From positions 4,372 to 68,371 of the forward strand of contig CAYLQM010000001.1 of the NCBI GenBank assembly GCA_964386095.1: 64,000 nucleotides of DNA, given 5' to 3'. Numbering within the stretch: the first letter of the stretch is position 1; every line of letters starts with the position of its first letter. The DNA is from an uncultured Methanosarcinales archaeon. GTDB lineage: Archaea > Nanobdellota > Nanobdellia > Woesearchaeales > JASKKU01. Below are positions 36,413 through 47,196 of the stretch, in pieces. The translations under genes were made by a program, and so were the position numbers. A model generated the notes under the pieces. It did no database searches. It saw nothing but the letters and a program-made list of their open reading frames with translations, and had not been told where the DNA came from.

Positions 36413-37672
36413 TTAAAGTATCATCTTAATTAGATAAATACCTAAACCTACCAAAACGATTCCCATAATTAATCTAAACCATTTTCGGTATTTTAATCTC
36501 GTAGCATTAACACTGCTAACGTCCCCGCCTTGTGTTATTGAATAAACTATGAATATTAATGGTAGGACAAATATGAAGTTATACACAATTAAAATAAAGA
36601 GGAGCCCGACAAAACTTATATTGTTAAGCATTAACAGCGAAATCAGGCCGGCATACATAATGCCCGAGCAGGGGAACTCAATGATGGTTATGATGATGCC
36701 CAATGCAATAATCGACGGCAACGAAAGTTTCTGAATTAATTCAGTGACTCTTTTCTTAGATTTGTCTGATAACGAAAAACTTATTCCCTTGCCGTATGCA
36801 AAGAAGTCTTTTATGTTAACAATTCCGGCGAAGATTACAATAATAGCGACTCCAAGCAGCACATAAAATCCAATAACACTGTTTACGGCTGTAGAAGTTT
36901 TGGTTAGAAACGCGTTAAGTCCCAGTGCTAAAAGCACACCTATTATGAAATATGAAACATAGATGGTCATAATGTATATCAAACTGTATTTTTTGATTCG
37001 TTTTTTGGCTTTGAACAGCATCAGTTGTGATATTAATAATGCGAGAACAGACATTATGCATGGATTGACTGAATCTGAAATAGCTGTAATAAACACTAAC
37101 CAGATTAATTTAAATGGGCTTAATTCAGATTTGTTATCTTGTAATAAGCTTAATTCAGACTTGTTATCTTGTGCTTTTTCCTCATTAACTTCTGCCATTC
37201 CTGAGTTTATGAAGTTTATTATTGGAGAATCGCCCTGGACAGTTATGCTGTTGGTTATGTTTGATAAATCGAGTTTAATTAATGTTGGTACGGCCCCATA
37301 GTAAAATTCTCTTTTGGATTTAAAGATATTGCAAAAACTCAGGAAGATTTCCCTGCCCGGCACATCATCAACTCCGAGTTTTATTACCTTATAACTTGAG
37401 TTAAGGGAATCCAGCACGCCGCTTTCAACAACCTTTTCGCAATGCGGACAGGTCCTTGAATAAAAAAACAGGATGTTTGTTTTTTCCGGTTCAATTTTTT
37501 CATCAAGAAAAGTTTGGCTTTCGTTAGACAATTCAGGAAGTTCAATTGAAAGAGCTATGCTTGAAGGCATAATTAAGGATATAGTTAACATTACTAAGAA
37601 AAGTGTTAAAGTAAAAAAAGTTGGCCCATTGAACTGCAAATTTTCCTTTTTGTTTGCTTTTTTCGTTTTCAT
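36413..37672 (-). CDS. Thioredoxin-fold domain fused to a CcdA/DsbD-type transmembrane thiol:disulfide electron-transfer domain
   Basis: N-terminal signal-anchor plus CPHC thioredoxin motif. C-terminal polytopic domain has the two conserved DsbD-core cysteines (SDSVNPCIMSVL and IEFPCSGIMYAGL). Confidence 0.6.
   Translation of the reverse strand: MKTKKANKKENLQFNGPTFFTLTLFLVMLTISLIMPSSIALSIELPELSNESQTFLDEKIEPEKTNILFFYSRTCPHCEKVVESGVLDSLNSSYKVIKLGVDDVPGREIFLSFCNIFKSKREFYYGAVPTLIKLDLSNITNSITVQGDSPIINFINSGMAEVNEEKAQDNKSELSLLQDNKSELSPFKLIWLVFITAISDSVNPCIMSVLALLISQLMLFKAKKRIKKYSLIYIMTIYVSYFIIGVLLALGLNAFLTKTSTAVNSVIGFYVLLGVAIIVIFAGIVNIKDFFAYGKGISFSLSDKSKKRVTELIQKLSLPSIIALGIIITIIEFPCSGIMYAGLISLLMLNNISFVGLLFILIVYNFIFVLPLIFIVYSITQGGDVSSVNATRLKYRKWFRLIMGIVLVGLGIYLIKMIL
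37118..37174. repeat. Near-perfect ~28-bp tandem duplication inside the Trx-CcdA gene, encoding QDNKSELSLL/QDNKSELSPF
   Basis: gcttaattcaga(t/c)ttgttatcttgt occurs twice, 30 bp apart. Confidence 0.6.
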
Positions 37673-37929
37673 GAAATCCCCCTTACAATTCTAATTTTTA
37701 CGAGCAAAGCGTTCTCTTAAATTTTTGATATTCTGTGAATCTGAATGTTTTTACTGTCTTTTTATTGCTCACTACTTCTTTATAAATTCCGAAACAATTT
37801 ATAAATGTTTGTTTCAAAAGATGAAACATGTTGATTTTAATTCAAATTGGAAGGATTATGCTTGAGGGAATTTTAACGTTTTTTTCATAATCTTTATAAA
37901 TTATCCTGAGTCTTACCTTTAGTGATATT

Positions 37930-39003
37930 ATGGCAAGATACAATGAAGATGACAAATTAAAAAAAGCGCATGATTATGTTTTCATAGAACCAACCGTGGA
38001 CCTTGCGGGATGGCCGGAGGTTAAAGGTTATGATTTTGAAAAAGGCTTTGATTTCTGGGATTTTTTGAAAAGTTATTATTGCACAGGATTTCAAGCGACC
38101 TCATTGTATAGAGCAATTACGCTTATAAGACAAATGCGCAGGGAGAAAGCAACTATTTTTTTGGGTTATACCTCAAACATGATTAGTTGCGGGGTCAGGG
38201 AACAAATAAAGTACTTAACGAAAAATAAATTTGTTAATGTTCTGGTTACCACAACGGGCGGTTTGGAGGAGGACATTATTAAAGCCAAAAAACCTTTTGT
38301 TCTGGGAAGTTATGATGCTGACGGCAGTTCTTTAAGGGAAAAGGGCATTAATAGAACAGGAAACCTTTTTATTCCTGATGACAGATATCTATTTTTTGAG
38401 GCTTTTATTAATGGATTGCTTAAAAGATTGTATGAATTAAAGAAAGTTTGGACCATATCCGAGTTTGTATATGAAATGGGTCGCGAGTTGGAGATGTTAG
38501 CAAAAAGTGATAAAGAAATAGATGTTGAAAGTTCTGTTACTTACTGGGCTTACAAGAATTCCATTCCTTATTTCGTTCTGCCTTTAGTGGACGGTTCCCT
38601 GGGGGATATCATTTATTTTTTTAAGAGAACTCACCCGGATTTTATGATTGATGAAACCAGTGTTATTATTCAAGTCAATAACATTGCGATGAATGCTGAA
38701 AAGTCAGGCGTTGTTGCTTTAGGTGGTTCTGTGCCAAAGCATTTGGTAGCTAATGCAAACCTGTTTAGAGAAGGTGCAGATTATGCTGTTTATGTAAATA
38801 CTGCTATGGAATACGAAGGTTCAAACGCTGGAGCGAATCCTGATGAGGCGGTTTCATGGGGCAAATTTAAAGCAAAAAGGAAAACAGTTAAAATCTATGC
38901 CGAAGCGAGTTTGGTCTTTCCATTGATTGTGGCAGGCGCTTTTTATCTTCCATTAACGGCTTCAGACCTAGATTTCAATGAAAAATCTGAAAAGAAAATT
39001 TAA
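37930..39003 (+). CDS. dys: Deoxyhypusine synthase
   Basis: GYTSNMISCGVREQIKYL...VNVLVTTTGGLEEDIIK...GINRTGNLFIPDD closely parallels the DHS NAD-/spermidine-binding core. Confidence 0.85.
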   Translation: MARYNEDDKLKKAHDYVFIEPTVDLAGWPEVKGYDFEKGFDFWDFLKSYYCTGFQATSLYRAITLIRQMRREKATIFLGYTSNMISCGVREQIKYLTKNKFVNVLVTTTGGLEEDIIKAKKPFVLGSYDADGSSLREKGINRTGNLFIPDDRYLFFEAFINGLLKRLYELKKVWTISEFVYEMGRELEMLAKSDKEIDVESSVTYWAYKNSIPYFVLPLVDGSLGDIIYFFKRTHPDFMIDETSVIIQVNNIAMNAEKSGVVALGGSVPKHLVANANLFREGADYAVYVNTAMEYEGSNAGANPDEAVSWGKFKAKRKTVKIYAEASLVFPLIVAGAFYLPLTASDLDFNEKSEKKI

Positions 39004-39120
39004 TTTTAAAGATTGTTTTTAAGCGTTTTATAGCGCTTTTTAATTTTTAAAAATCCAAATAATCCAAATAAATCCAAATGTCAGCATGATTTTATGAAAT
39101 AACCGGAAAGAGGGAATAAA

Positions 39121-39645
39121 ATGGCATTGAAACGAACAGAACAAATGGTTGAAAGCGAATACAACATACATTTAAAGAACATCATCTTAATGGTAGGATT
39201 GTTTACCGGATTTGTTTTCATAATCACTTTTTCAACGATTTATGTTTCAGACGCCATTAAAAACAATAATGCGTGCGGATGCGTAATTCCGATCCCAGTG
39301 ATGATTTTGATATTGTCTTCCTTGGGCGTGTTCGTGGGGGCGATAACCTCCTATCTTTTCCTAATTCGCTTATTCGCGGTTAGAGAGAATTTGGACAAAC
39401 AAAAACAATTAAGTTCCAAGCTTCTGTTCAGATTACTCGAACCAGATGAGCGCAAGGTTATAAAATTTCTTGTAAAAAACAACGGAACGGTTTATCAATC
39501 AAAGATTTCATCGCTTTTAGATGACCGAGTGAAAGCTTACAGGATTATTTCAAGGTTAAAGGACTCAGGTCTAATTAAGGTTGTTAAGGATCAAAAGACC
39601 AATTTAATCAGCATGGAAAAAGATTTAATAGAACTTCTTAAATGA
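39121..39645 (+). CDS. Membrane-anchored winged-helix (MarR/TrmB-like) protein
   Basis: Two TM helices, then ERKVIKFLVKNNGTVYQSKISSLL...RIISRLKDSGLIKV (wHTH-like). Confidence 0.4.
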   Translation: MALKRTEQMVESEYNIHLKNIILMVGLFTGFVFIITFSTIYVSDAIKNNNACGCVIPIPVMILILSSLGVFVGAITSYLFLIRLFAVRENLDKQKQLSSKLLFRLLEPDERKVIKFLVKNNGTVYQSKISSLLDDRVKAYRIISRLKDSGLIKVVKDQKTNLISMEKDLIELLK

Positions 39646-39738
39646 TTCATTAGGTTTTAAAGTGTTGTTTTCAACAAATCTTTTAGATTTCCTTTGAATT
39701 TTTCAAAATCTTTTTAAATCTCCAGTGTAGTACTGTTT

Positions 39739-42700
39739 TTGAGTGAGAAAATGCAAAATAGAAAATCTGTAACATTAAAGGTTAGTGGAGCCATTTCAGA
39801 CGATGTGAATAAAGGCATAGTTAGAATAGATGTTTCCTATTTGCGCGATATTGGGGCGAGGCCGGGCGACATTGTAGAAATTGAAGGCAAACGCACGACT
39901 GTGGCAATTGTTGATAGAGCTTACCCGAGCGATATTGGTTTAAACATCATAAGAATGGATGGTCCCACACGAAGGAATTGCCAAACGAGCATTGGCGAAT
40001 TTGTTAAGGTAAGGAAAGCTGATTTTAAGATTGCAGACAAGGTTATTATTGCCCCAGCTCAAGAAGGTGTGGTTATACAAGCTCCAAACTCATTTTTCAA
40101 GAGCGGATTAATTGGCAAACCTGTTGTTAAAGGAGATATTGTGTCTATTGGAGGAAGCAACTCAAGAACAAGAATCTTCTCGCAAAGCAGATTCTTTGAT
40201 GATTTGGATATATCCAGGATAATCAATCAGAACTTAAATAGATTTGGTTTTAGTGATTTAAAATTTGTAGTGGTTGATGTTAATCCTAAGGGAACTCCTG
40301 TTCTTATAACTGATACAACAGAGGTAGTCTTTAATCCAGAAGCCGTTCCAAAGGTTGAATCTAAGGCGTTGGATGTTACTTATGAAGACATTGGCGGTTT
40401 GAGTGAAGAGATTAGGAAAATTAGAGAAATGGTTGAATTGCCTTTGAGATATCCTGAACTTTTTGAAAGATTGGGAATTGATTCGCCAAAAGGCGTTCTT
40501 TTGCATGGTCCCCCAGGTACAGGTAAAACAATGCTGGCTAAAGCTGTAGCAAATGAGACAAATGCGCATTTTATCCTTATAAACGGCCCTGAAATTATGA
40601 GCAAATATTATGGTCAGAGCGAACAGAATCTTCGTCAGAAATTCGAGGAAGCTGAAAAGAATGCTCCAAGCATAATCTTTATTGATGAAATTGATGCAAT
40701 CGCTCCTAAGAGAGAAGAATCCAAGGGCGAGGTTGAGAGAAGAGTTGTTGCGCAACTCTTGGCATTGATGGACGGGTTGAAATCTCGTGGCAAGGTTATA
40801 GTTATTGCTGCAACCAACATCCCAAATCAAATAGACCCTGCATTAAGGAGACCTGGAAGATTCGATCGAGAGCTAGAGATTGGCGTCCCCGATATGAATG
40901 GGAGGAAACAGATTCTAAAGATTCATACGAGAAACATGCCAATACTTCCTCAAGTTGAATGGTTTGAACTTAAACCTGCTTTGAAAAGTAGAATCTCAGA
41001 GACGCTTAAAAAACTTAAACAGGATAAACGAGACGTGGAAGTTAAATTAAAAGAATGCGATAAAGAATTTAAGAAATATACTACTATGGTGCAAGAGATA
41101 ACTAAAAATATAAACGAACTCAATGAAAAAAGGTTTAACAGTGGGGAAGGCAAGTTTATTGAGCTTTCAAATAAGATTAAAGAGCGCACATCTGATAAGA
41201 AATTCTATGAAATGAGATTAGAGGAACTTAAACGGGATAAAGATAATTATACCTACAAACTTGAGCAAATTAAACAAAATTCTGAGCATTTATCAAACAT
41301 TCTTGAGCTTATAAAGAATGTTAAGTATGTTGATGGATTATTGTTGGGGCTGTCTTATGATGAGAACAACTTGTTAGAGAGCAAATTGAAGGATTATGTC
41401 CTGGGACTGTTGTCTAAGAATAATGCTGATATTAAGGATTTTAAGATAGCTCATTCATTCAGGAAGTTTAAAGATGAAATCTTGGAAAAAGTTCAAAGTT
41501 CCGTGTTGAAAAAGAAAATTTCAGCGTTGGAGTTTGGCGGCGGCAAGTTTAATAAGGAGACCTTAAAAATTCTGTTGGATTTAATTAATGATAAGGTGTT
41601 AAAAGGGAAATTAAAGATGTTTATAGAAATTGCTGATGATGATGCGGATTTAACCAAATTGATTACAGGAAACTATCTGCCATATGATCTTAAATCCTCA
41701 ATATTAAACGGGCTTAAGGAAAATATTTTAAATGAATTGGCCGAGAAGACTCACGGTTTTGTTGGGGCTGATTTGGCTGCGTTGGCTAAGGAAGCTGCAA
41801 TGGCTGCCGTTAGAAGAATTCTGCCGGACATTATGAAGACAGAGGAAGAAAGTGTTTCTGAAGACATTCTCAACAGCGTTTATGTAACCAATGAGGATTT
41901 TAGGGAAGCTTTGAGGGTTGTCAGACCAAGCGCTTTGAGGGAAGTTTTTGTAGAAGTTCCTAATGTTGCTTGGGAAGACATCGGTGGATTGGAGGATGTA
42001 AAACAAGAATTAAAAGAAGTTGTGGAGTGGCCGCTTAAGCATAAAGAGGCATTCAGAAGACTTTCAATAAAACCGCCTAAGGGAGTTTTGTTGTATGGTC
42101 CGCCTGGTACAGGCAAGACTTTGTTAGCTAAAGCAGTGGCAAGCGAAACCTCGTCAAACTTTATTCTTATTAAAGGTCCTGAGTTGATTAGTAAATGGGT
42201 TGGCGAGAGTGAAAGAGCAATTCGTGAAATCTTTAAGAAGGCGAGGCAGACATCTCCATGCGTGATTTTCTTTGATGAAATTGATGCAATTGCTTCAAGG
42301 AGGTCTTCATCTTCGCAAGACTCAAAAGTTAATGAAAGAGTTGTTAATCAACTTTTAACGGAAATGGATGGTGTTGAAGAGTTGAATGATGTAGTGATTA
42401 TCGCTGCAACCAACAGGCCTGATATTCTGGATACAGCACTTTTAAGACCGGGCAGGTTTGATAGAATTATTTTAACTCCTGCTCCGGATTTGAAATCCCG
42501 GCTTGAAATCTTTAAAGTACATACTAAGGGAATGCCTCTGGCTAAGGATGTTAGTTTGGATGAACTTGCCGAAAAAACTGAAGGGTATTCTGGTGCAGAT
42601 ATTGAAGCGATATGCAGGGAAGCAGCTATGCTTGCTTTAAGAGAAGATCTCAATGCAATGGAAGTAAAAATGGAACATTTTGAGGGTGCTCTTAAACGAG

Positions 42701-42813
42701 TTTATCCGTCCATAACTTCTGAAATTATGAAAGCTTATGCTGAACTCCAAAAGAAGTTTAGGGCAGCGAAGGGCGAGGAATTAAGATTAAACAAACCGTC
42801 GTATTATGGTTAA
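39739..42813 (+). CDS. cdc48: Cdc48/VCP-like AAA+ ATPase (N domain + D1 + D2) with a large insertion in the D1 lid
   Basis: N domain ([23 protein letters not shown]). Two Walker A motifs GPPGTGKT and two Walker B motifs (IIFIDEIDA / VIFFDEIDA). SRH regions ([21 protein letters not shown] / [21 protein letters not shown]). It is 1024 aa against a usual ~740. Confidence 0.85.
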   Translation: MSEKMQNRKSVTLKVSGAISDDVNKGIVRIDVSYLRDIGARPGDIVEIEGKRTTVAIVDRAYPSDIGLNIIRMDGPTRRNCQTSIGEFVKVRKADFKIADKVIIAPAQEGVVIQAPNSFFKSGLIGKPVVKGDIVSIGGSNSRTRIFSQSRFFDDLDISRIINQNLNRFGFSDLKFVVVDVNPKGTPVLITDTTEVVFNPEAVPKVESKALDVTYEDIGGLSEEIRKIREMVELPLRYPELFERLGIDSPKGVLLHGPPGTGKTMLAKAVANETNAHFILINGPEIMSKYYGQSEQNLRQKFEEAEKNAPSIIFIDEIDAIAPKREESKGEVERRVVAQLLALMDGLKSRGKVIVIAATNIPNQIDPALRRPGRFDRELEIGVPDMNGRKQILKIHTRNMPILPQVEWFELKPALKSRISETLKKLKQDKRDVEVKLKECDKEFKKYTTMVQEITKNINELNEKRFNSGEGKFIELSNKIKERTSDKKFYEMRLEELKRDKDNYTYKLEQIKQNSEHLSNILELIKNVKYVDGLLLGLSYDENNLLESKLKDYVLGLLSKNNADIKDFKIAHSFRKFKDEILEKVQSSVLKKKISALEFGGGKFNKETLKILLDLINDKVLKGKLKMFIEIADDDADLTKLITGNYLPYDLKSSILNGLKENILNELAEKTHGFVGADLAALAKEAAMAAVRRILPDIMKTEEESVSEDILNSVYVTNEDFREALRVVRPSALREVFVEVPNVAWEDIGGLEDVKQELKEVVEWPLKHKEAFRRLSIKPPKGVLLYGPPGTGKTLLAKAVASETSSNFILIKGPELISKWVGESERAIREIFKKARQTSPCVIFFDEIDAIASRRSSSSQDSKVNERVVNQLLTEMDGVEELNDVVIIAATNRPDILDTALLRPGRFDRIILTPAPDLKSRLEIFKVHTKGMPLAKDVSLDELAEKTEGYSGADIEAICREAAMLALREDLNAMEVKMEHFEGALKRVYPSITSEIMKAYAELQKKFRAAKGEELRLNKPSYYG

Positions 42814-42851
42814 TTCCATTTCCTTTTTTAATTTTTGATTACGGTGATGAA

Positions 42852-43061
42852 ATGAACGATTTTTTATTGTTTTATCTGGCAGTTGTTGGACTGCTTGCAT
42901 TGTATTGGGTTCTTTTTGGTGAGAAACGGTTTCAGAAGATGATTAAGAAAGATTGCAAATCTGATGAAAACTTAGATGAAAAAAGCGAGTATAAAATTAA
43001 CAGCAAAAAAATAAATACCAGTTCAAATAAGAAAATGGAGAAACAGGATAAAACCGCTTAA
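42852..43061 (+). CDS. Small membrane protein (69 aa)
   Basis: One TM (LLFYLAVVGLLALYWVLF) plus a Lys-rich tail. Its stop is 1 bp before the nif3 start. Confidence 0.3.
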   Translation: MNDFLLFYLAVVGLLALYWVLFGEKRFQKMIKKDCKSDENLDEKSEYKINSKKINTSSNKKMEKQDKTA

Positions 43062-43062
43062 A

Positions 43063-43833
43063 ATGATGCGAGACAAAATCATCAGGTTTTTGAACAATCA
43101 GTTGAACGTTAATGAAATAGATGACCAAAGCGTTAATGGAATTCAAGTTGACGGAAGCAGGTATGTGAACAGAGTTCTTACTGCTGTTGATGCTGACATT
43201 AATTCAATTAAAAGGGCCGTAGAATTGAATGTTAATTTGATGATAGTCCATCATGGCTTATTCTGGAAGAAGAATGAAGTTATTATTGGACCTTTGTATG
43301 AGAAGGTTGCTTTATTGATTAAACACAATGTCTCTTTGTATGCAGTTCATCTTCCTTTGGATATCCATGAAGAGTTTGGCAACAATATTCAGATTGTAAA
43401 AGCTCTTGCGTTAAGAAATATCTCAAAATTCGCAGAGTACCGTAACCTGTTTTTAGGCTATTCTGGCGAGGTGGAGTTGTCGAATATAGGGTCCTTTAAG
43501 AGTTTTGTTGAGGAATCTCTTAATACAAAAATTAAGCTATTTAATTTTGGTTCCAAAGAGGTAAAAAAAGTTGGGGTAGTGTCCGGAGCAGGCGGGTTTT
43601 CAGTTTCTCTTGCTCCTCAGTATGGAGTTGACACTATAATCACCGGTGAGGCGAGTTACCCTGAGATTCTTCTTGCCAGAGATTTAGGCATAAATCTTAT
43701 GCTTGCAGGTCATTACGAAACTGAGGTTTTTGGCGTTAGGGCTATTGCAAATAAACTGAACACTCTTTTTGGACCAGATGGGTTGAGTGTTGAGTTTTAT
43801 GAAAGTAATTCAAACAAGAATTTTCAAGTTTAA
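43063..43833 (+). CDS. Nif3-family dinuclear-metal-centre protein (GTP cyclohydrolase 1 type 2 homolog)
   Basis: NIF3 family hallmarks MIVHHGLFWK and LAGHYETE, and a ~250-aa size. Confidence 0.7.
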   Translation: MMRDKIIRFLNNQLNVNEIDDQSVNGIQVDGSRYVNRVLTAVDADINSIKRAVELNVNLMIVHHGLFWKKNEVIIGPLYEKVALLIKHNVSLYAVHLPLDIHEEFGNNIQIVKALALRNISKFAEYRNLFLGYSGEVELSNIGSFKSFVEESLNTKIKLFNFGSKEVKKVGVVSGAGGFSVSLAPQYGVDTIITGEASYPEILLARDLGINLMLAGHYETEVFGVRAIANKLNTLFGPDGLSVEFYESNSNKNFQV

Positions 43834-43882
43834 TTTTATAGTTGTTTGAGGCGGATGCTTAAAAACTTAATTTGCGGGGATT

Positions 43883-45238
43883 TTGATAAAAATGGGCGAT
43901 TTGAAACGGGTCAGGATAATTACAGATAAAGGTTCTTTTGAAGGCATACATTTAACCGATGTTGCCAAAGATAACAGGAAATTCTTGCTGCTTAAATTGG
44001 ACAACGGTTATAATATCGGAATTGCTTACGATAACATTAAAAAAAAGGAAGTGTTGTCTAAATTGTCTGAAACTGCTTGGCAAACAGGAGATGAAAGCAA
44101 AGCACAATCAATTGATTCACGAAATTGGGATTCTTCGCTGGTTATTATTCACACCGGAGGCACTATTGCATCCAAAATTGATTATGAAACCGGGGCGGTC
44201 AAGGCGCTATTTAATCCTGAAGAAATTGTTGGACTGTTCCCTGAAATAAAAGGAGATTACAATATAAAGTCAAAGCTGTTGTTGAACATATTTTCAGAAG
44301 ACCTTAATTTCAAAGTTTATAACCTAATACTTAAAGAGATTGAAAATCTGGTCAAAAGCAAAGAAAACATACGTGGAATTATTCTTACTCACGGTACAGA
44401 TACTCTGCATTACACAAGTGCCGCATTAAAATTCGCTCTTGAAAATTTACCATTTCCAATTGTGCTGGTTGGCGCGCAACGCAGCTCGGATAGACCTTCA
44501 ACGGATGCAAGATATAATTTAATTGCGGCAGCCAGTTTCATAAACTATGTTTATGAGAATCGCTTAAAATCCGATGTGTTTGTTTGTATGCACGGTTCTG
44601 TAAATGACGATTTTAATTATATATTTGATGCATTTAATGTTCGAAAGATGCACACTTCCAGGAGGGATGCTTTTAAGCAGATTAACGACGAACCTTTGGC
44701 GAAGGTTTTTAAGAATGGAGATGTTAAGATTATTAATGATAAATTGAAAAAAGCAGATTCTACTAAGACTAAAAAGAATTTTAAAGCAAAATATTACCGA
44801 GAATCGCTTAAGATAGGCGTTCTTTATGCCCATCCAAACCTGTTTCCGCAAGAGATTTTAGCTTTCAGCAGGTTTGATGGTCTAATTTTAGCTGGCACAG
44901 GGTTGGGCCATTTAGCTATAAATAAGTCGGAAGACAATGTTACTATTGATAACACCAAAAATCTTCAGGCATTAAAACAGCTTATTAATTCAGATACTCT
45001 TGTCGTGGTTGCACCGCAAACGATAAATGGAAGAATTAATCTTAATGTTTATTCCACAGGAAGATTGTTGAGGGAAGCAGGCGTTCTCGGAAATTTGTGC
45101 GATATGACGATTGAAACGGCTTTTATTAAACTTGCCTATCTGCTTTCGAATTATTCCGTTGAAAAAGCAAAAGAACTATACGAGAAAAACCTATGCGGCG
45201 AGATTAATGAGAGAAGCAGATATTTCCAGGACTTTTAG
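43883..45238 (+). CDS. gatD: Glutamyl-tRNA(Gln) amidotransferase subunit D
   Basis: Asparaginase-type motifs IIHTGGTIAS and ILTHGTDTLHYTSAAL, plus a GatD-type N-terminal extension. Confidence 0.9.
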   Translation: MIKMGDLKRVRIITDKGSFEGIHLTDVAKDNRKFLLLKLDNGYNIGIAYDNIKKKEVLSKLSETAWQTGDESKAQSIDSRNWDSSLVIIHTGGTIASKIDYETGAVKALFNPEEIVGLFPEIKGDYNIKSKLLLNIFSEDLNFKVYNLILKEIENLVKSKENIRGIILTHGTDTLHYTSAALKFALENLPFPIVLVGAQRSSDRPSTDARYNLIAAASFINYVYENRLKSDVFVCMHGSVNDDFNYIFDAFNVRKMHTSRRDAFKQINDEPLAKVFKNGDVKIINDKLKKADSTKTKKNFKAKYYRESLKIGVLYAHPNLFPQEILAFSRFDGLILAGTGLGHLAINKSEDNVTIDNTKNLQALKQLINSDTLVVVAPQTINGRINLNVYSTGRLLREAGVLGNLCDMTIETAFIKLAYLLSNYSVEKAKELYEKNLCGEINERSRYFQDF

Positions 45239-45270
45239 GACTTTTAGGAATTGTAATTGCGTGATAAAAA

Positions 45271-47157
45271 ATGATTAAAGTTGAAGAACTCAGGAAATCA
45301 TTAATCACATCAAAAGGCAAAATTGAGGGTCTGGATTATGCTAAGTTGGGTTTTAAATGCGGTTTAGAGATTCATCAGCAATTAAATGTTGGCAAGCTCT
45401 TTTGTGGTTGCGATTTTGACGAAGATGATTTAGTGATTGGCAAGGTTGCACGCGAGCTGACAGTTTCCAAGGGGGAAACTGGAGATATCGACGCTGCTGC
45501 ATCTTTTGAAAAATTAAAGGAATTGGAGATTAGATATAGTGTTGGTAAAAACAGTTCCTGTTTGGTTGAGCTTGATGAGGAACCACCGCACGAAGTTAAT
45601 CCAAGAGCTCTTTATGCAGCTTATCAGTTATCCATGTTATTTGATATGACGATTGTTGATATGATACAATTTATGAGGAAGATAGTAATTGATGGTTCTA
45701 ATACTACTGGATTTCAAAGAACTGCCTTAGTTGCTATGAATGGCAGAATTAAAACATCTTTGGGTGCGATTAATCTTGCGACAATGTGTTTAGAAGAAGA
45801 CGCCTGCAAAATCGAATCAAAGGACGGGTCTCAGGTTAAATACGATTTATCGAGACTAGGCGTTCCGTTAATAGAATTGGCAACCCAGCCGAACATAAAA
45901 AATCCCGAGCATGCAAAAGAAACTGCCGAAACAATAGGGCTTTTGTTGAGAAGCAGTGAATTCGTTAAGCGCGGTCTTGGAACTATCAGACAGGACTTGA
46001 ATGTTTCTATTGAAAACGGCGCGAGAGTTGAAATCAAAGGCGCGCAGGACCTTGAAAACATTCCAAATCTTTTAAGAAATGAAGTCATAAGGCAATTGAA
46101 TCTTGCAAAAGTAAGAGATTACTTAATCAAAAATGTAGACAGGTCTTTACTTAAATTAGAGATTGTGGATTTGAGCCATTGTTTTTCTAATAGCGGATCA
46201 AAGGTAATCAAAAGCGCGTTAAGTAAAAGAGGCAGGGTTTTGGGCATAAGGCTTCCTGGATTTTCAGGAGTTTTGGGGTTGGAATTAAACCCAAATAGAA
46301 GAGTAGGTACAGAGGTGGCTGATTATGCTAAACAAGTTTCAGGCGTTAAAGGATTGTTTCACTCAGATGAATTGCCAGGTTATGGCATTGCTGTTGATGA
46401 AGTGCAAAGAGTGAAAAAAGAACTCTCCTGTTCAAAGGATGATGCTTTTATTATGATTGCAGATATTGAAAAGAAAGCTAAGCTTGCTTTAAAAGCAGCT
46501 TTTAATCGCGTTTCGGCTTTGTTTGATAACATTCCGAAAGAAGTGAGACAGGCCAATCCTGACGGCACAACAAAGTTTTTGAGACCGATGCCTGGCAGTG
46601 CCAGGATGTACCCTGAAACAGATGTGCCTTACATAATCCCTAATTTGAGTTCGGTGAAAAAACCTAAATTAATAACGGAGAAGGTTAAAAAGCTTGTTAA
46701 ATTGGGACTTGACGAGAATTCCGGTAAGCAAATAATCAGGGAGGGTTATTACGACTTCTTTTTGCAGGCAGTCAGTAATTTTAAGGGATTGAAACCTTCT
46801 TTTATCTATTCAGTAATCATCTCAAAGATAAAGGAGCTGCGAAGAATGCATCCGGATTTCAATTACAATTTGTTGGATGAGGAGTTTTTTTCAAACTTGC
46901 TTTCTAATCTGAACGAAAAAAGAATTTCAAAACAAAGCGTTGATGATATTTTGTTGAAAAAAGGCTTGGGCAAACCTGTTGATTTTGAAAAATATGAAGT
47001 TCTTTCCGCGCATAAAATTGAAGAATTTGTTAAGAAAATTCGTGACAGAAATTCCAAGTTAAACTTTAAACAAGCAATGGGCGAAGTCATGAAAGAACTC
47101 CGAGGGAAAGCTGACGGTAAAACAATTGCCAAAATCGTAAGAAAGTATTTCAAGTAA
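45271..47157 (+). CDS. gatE: Glutamyl-tRNA(Gln) amidotransferase subunit E
   Basis: GatB/E core GLEIHQQLN and a C-terminal GatB/YqeY-like tail. 628 aa, immediately after gatD. Confidence 0.9.
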   Translation: MIKVEELRKSLITSKGKIEGLDYAKLGFKCGLEIHQQLNVGKLFCGCDFDEDDLVIGKVARELTVSKGETGDIDAAASFEKLKELEIRYSVGKNSSCLVELDEEPPHEVNPRALYAAYQLSMLFDMTIVDMIQFMRKIVIDGSNTTGFQRTALVAMNGRIKTSLGAINLATMCLEEDACKIESKDGSQVKYDLSRLGVPLIELATQPNIKNPEHAKETAETIGLLLRSSEFVKRGLGTIRQDLNVSIENGARVEIKGAQDLENIPNLLRNEVIRQLNLAKVRDYLIKNVDRSLLKLEIVDLSHCFSNSGSKVIKSALSKRGRVLGIRLPGFSGVLGLELNPNRRVGTEVADYAKQVSGVKGLFHSDELPGYGIAVDEVQRVKKELSCSKDDAFIMIADIEKKAKLALKAAFNRVSALFDNIPKEVRQANPDGTTKFLRPMPGSARMYPETDVPYIIPNLSSVKKPKLITEKVKKLVKLGLDENSGKQIIREGYYDFFLQAVSNFKGLKPSFIYSVIISKIKELRRMHPDFNYNLLDEEFFSNLLSNLNEKRISKQSVDDILLKKGLGKPVDFEKYEVLSAHKIEEFVKKIRDRNSKLNFKQAMGEVMKELRGKADGKTIAKIVRKYFK

Positions 47158-47196
47158 AATTTAATTTTTTAAAAATGAGAAACAATACTAAGATTT

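Noticed and set aside
40921-41745. Intein in Cdc48
   Set aside because: The insertion lacks intein block A (Cys/Ser at the +1 position of the insert) and block G (HN followed by C/S/T). It is coiled-coil-like rather than Hint-fold-like, and it is not located in a Walker or SRH motif.
40258-42653. Multiple minus-strand ORFs inside cdc48 (e.g. 40258..40830, 42348..42653)
   Set aside because: These are antisense shadows of a strongly supported, motif-rich AAA+ gene.
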